Assembly: GCF_000008625.1 (NCBI RefSeq)
Contig: NC_000918.1
Span: 300,001 to 332,000, forward strand
Length of the DNA stretch: 32,000 nucleotides
Direction: 5' to 3'
Source of the DNA: Aquifex aeolicus VF5
GTDB lineage: Bacteria; Aquificota; Aquificia; Aquificales; Aquificaceae
Under the pieces are notes generated by a model. The model was given only the letters and a program-made list of their open reading frames with translations. It was not told where the DNA came from and did no database searches. Shown here piece after piece: positions 29,597-32,000 of this stretch (the first letter of the stretch is position 1; the number at the start of each line of letters is the position of its first letter). The position numbers and the translations under genes were made by a program.

Positions 29597-30319
29597 TCAA
29601 ACTACAAGTTTTTCTAAAGCCTTTTTATCAATTATCTCTATATAGCCCCTCTCAGTGTTTATTATTCCCTGCTTCTTCCACTTGCTCATAACCCTGATAG
29701 TGGTTTCCACCGTTGTTCCCGTCATCTCGGCTATGTCCTGCCTCGTAAGAGGAAGCCTTATTATTATCCTTCCGTCCTTCTTTTCGCCCGCCTTTTCGGC
29801 GAGTTCAAGTAAGAGCTTTGCTATTCTCTCCTCCACTTTACCCGAAGCTATGCTCTTTAAAACTTCATAGGTCTGAAGGAGGTTGTGGGTAGCGTCGCAG
29901 GTGAGTTTTATAGCTATAGCGGGGTACTTTATGGCGAGGTTTATAAAGTACTTGTTAGATATGTATAGTATGGTTGAGGGCAGGGCTGCCATTGCCGTGT
30001 ACTTGAACTTGGGAACACTCTTTCCCCACTCAATCCAGCCGAAAACCTCACCGGGGAATACGAGCCTTACTATTATGCTCCTTCCGTCGGAAGTTTCTTT
30101 TATTAACTTAACGAGACCTTCAACGAGTATGAATATCCCCGGTTCTGCCTCCTCTTCGAAGAAGATATACTCTCCCTTCATGTAATTCCTGACTTGTATG
30201 TACTTTGCAACTTCTCTTAATTCCTGAGGACTCAAATCCTCAAAGAGGTGCGTTTTCTTGAGGAGATCTATTTTTAAATCCTCTGGAGTTTGCCCTTTGC
30301 TAAAAGCTCCTTGCGCCAT
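29597..30319 (-). CDS. Crp/Fnr-family transcriptional regulator
   Basis: cNMP-binding-like domain YMKGEYIFFEEEAEPGIFILVEGLVKLIKETSDGRSIIVRLVFPGEVFG; HTH LPLTRQDIAEMTGTTVETTIRVMSKWKKQGII. Confidence 0.93.
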   Translation of the reverse strand: MAQGAFSKGQTPEDLKIDLLKKTHLFEDLSPQELREVAKYIQVRNYMKGEYIFFEEEAEPGIFILVEGLVKLIKETSDGRSIIVRLVFPGEVFGWIEWGKSVPKFKYTAMAALPSTILYISNKYFINLAIKYPAIAIKLTCDATHNLLQTYEVLKSIASGKVEERIAKLLLELAEKAGEKKDGRIIIRLPLTRQDIAEMTGTTVETTIRVMSKWKKQGIINTERGYIEIIDKKALEKLVV

Positions 30320-31355
30320 CCTTTTCCTCCTACAACAACAGTTGGTTCAAAAACTACGTAATCTGTGTGAAAGGGGACCTTGTTCTTACCTCCGAAGGTG
30401 TGGTTGTCCCCTATTGCTACGTGGATAGTTCCATAATCTTTTCCGCTTCCAGAATGTTGTCAGCCCTTCTAGCCTTCGGATTTGTTCCCACACCAAATTC
30501 CGCAATGTAGCGGGCGTTAGGGTAAGTGTCGAAAACCCTCTCCAGTTCGTACCTGTAATCTTCAAAGCCCTCTATTCTCTCAACCGCTCCGTCTTTAAAG
30601 TAAAGGGTTATCTCCCTTTCTAGTTTTCTGTTTGGAGCGTACAGAATTACGAGTTTTCCGAAGGCACTTTCCTCAATGGGTGCTATGAAAGCCTCTCCCG
30701 CCGGAAGGTTTCCGTAAGAGCCGGGTTCTGTCAGGAGCCCCGTATCGGGAATCCCCTTCCTTCCCTTTATAGAAAACTCTAAGTTTACGCCGTAAGGACT
30801 GCTGACCTCAACGTACTCACCTTCCGTCAGTACTTCCGCTATATCCGTGCTCAGCTTCGCAACGTAATCCCAGTCAACGTCCATCGGTCCTAAGAACATC
30901 TCGGGTTCAAAGAGAGGCATAGACGCGTATCTCGCTTTAAAAACGTCTGTCAATACTTTTCTGTAAGTTGTGTGAGTGGTTGAGTAGTGGGAAAGGGCGA
31001 TTACAACGTTCGGAACTTTTTCGGAGTAACTTTTTAAAATTTCTGCGAGTTTTTCGTAATCGTAGGGCTCTTTATTCAAAACCTTTTCAAAAATTCCCTC
31101 TTCCTTTAAAACTTCTACAGCCTTTTTACCGAAGGTTTCAACCCACAGAACTTCTGGAGGTTCTTTACCGTGCTGTCCCGTAGAGGGGAAAACGATAGTT
31201 TTTACCTCCGGAGTTATACCTTTTGCTACTTTTTCAATTTCCTTTAAAACCTCGGATAATTCCTTCCTGTAGTCGTCCGTGAACGCCAGTAAGTACTCAT
31301 TACCCTTTAGGGCTAAATTGATTGTAAGAAGCTTTTGTATCTGAGGTTCAAACAT
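30274..31355 (-). pseudogene. M29-like aminopeptidase, frameshifted near its C-terminus (ORF 31355..30417, homology continues to about 30274 in another frame)
   Basis: ORF ends EFGVGTNPKARRADNILEAEKIMELST*; adjacent frame encodes GTIHVAIGDNHTFGGKNKVPFHTDYVVFEPTVVVGGKG, the expected continuation. A single missing G at about 30431-30432 restores the frame. Could be a sequence error. Confidence 0.8.
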
Positions 31356-31381
31356 TTCTAATTAATAATAATAAAAAATTT

Positions 31382-32000
31382 TTATCGGATTGGTACTCCG
31401 ATTCCTCCGAGGAGGTACTTGAGATCTTCGTCAACAAACTCCAGACCTACACCTCCAAAAAATCCCCTTAACTTCGAGTTTAAAAGATCGTCCCCGCCGA
31501 ATCTAACGTACAGGTTCCTGTTTATGTACCAGTGAATGCCGATTTGAAGGTTCGGTTTCAAATCCTTATCCTGCGGTCTGTCCTTTCTCCCGAAGTCCCA
31601 GAGATCCGCAAACAGGTACTTGTCCCTGTAAATGTAGTAATCCGCTCCTACACCTCCGGTGTTTTCTTTAAGCCCACCCCTTAAAGTTAATGTCCTTCCG
31701 AAAAGGGAGAAGTTTCTGGCGTACTGGAGCGTAAACTCTGGCTTGAACTCCTTCTTCACCACTTCCCTTCCGTCGAGGTACTCTTCTCTGTAAACCCTTC
31801 CTCTTGAATCTCCTACAACTTCCAGCAAGTAGTACTTATCCCTGTCTGGAACAAGTCTGACGGAAAGTATTCCCTTTGAATCCCCTTCCCTGTAGAGTTC
31901 TCCCCTGAGTCCTATGTAGAGCTGCGTCTTTTCCACAACCTTTCCCGCCTTTCCTAAAGCTTTAACACCCTGATTCACGTTCTCGTAGAGTTCTTCGTCT
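31382..32000 (-). CDS. MCE/MlaD-family lipid transport protein, C-terminal part, runs off right edge
   Basis: Frame is open upstream of the track start (DEELYENVNQGVKALGKAGKVVEKTQ) to position 32000; MlaD-type tail with beta-rich YIGLRGELYREG...GGDDLLNSKLRGFFGGVGLEFVDEDLKYLLG. Confidence 0.75.
   Translation of the reverse strand, partial: DEELYENVNQGVKALGKAGKVVEKTQLYIGLRGELYREGDSKGILSVRLVPDRDKYYLLEVVGDSRGRVYREEYLDGREVVKKEFKPEFTLQYARNFSLFGRTLTLRGGLKENTGGVGADYYIYRDKYLFADLWDFGRKDRPQDKDLKPNLQIGIHWYINRNLYVRFGGDDLLNSKLRGFFGGVGLEFVDEDLKYLLGGIGVPIR

Overview
Dense, mostly operonic bacterial DNA. The protein set (sulfur oxygenase reductase, PDO-type disulfide oxidoreductase, archaemetzincin, and Lys/Glu-rich AAG/GAG-biased coding) points to a hyperthermophile and closely resembles Aquifex aeolicus; this assignment is recall, not a database search. 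About 39 coding loci are supported: ClC channel remnant, oxidoreductase, methyltransferase, PDO, accD, MgtC-like, DUF190-fluC-DUF190, ilvB, YihY-like, KamA-like radical SAM, sor, exported Bcp-like peroxiredoxin, archaemetzincin, gatB, a heavy-metal RND efflux operon, mtaB-like, panD, rhodanese, EAL-HDOD, glyA, DppB-like permease, YkvA-like, eno, ftsB-like, AhpC/Prx, tpx, a Crp/Fnr regulator, M29-like aminopeptidase, and an MCE/MlaD fragment. The best leads are: (1) a perfect 11-4-11 palindrome in the divergent sor / exported-peroxiredoxin intergenic region; (2) three loci whose reading frames are visibly broken (ClC channel, TolC-family protein, M29 aminopeptidase), where homologous sequence resumes in another frame; (3) unexplained small or unassigned genes in the metal efflux operon; (4) a fluC gene sandwiched between two unequal DUF190 paralogues; (5) unusually compact gene junctions, including a probably leaderless enolase. 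I see no CRISPR array, tRNA, rRNA or transposase, and no clear defence system.
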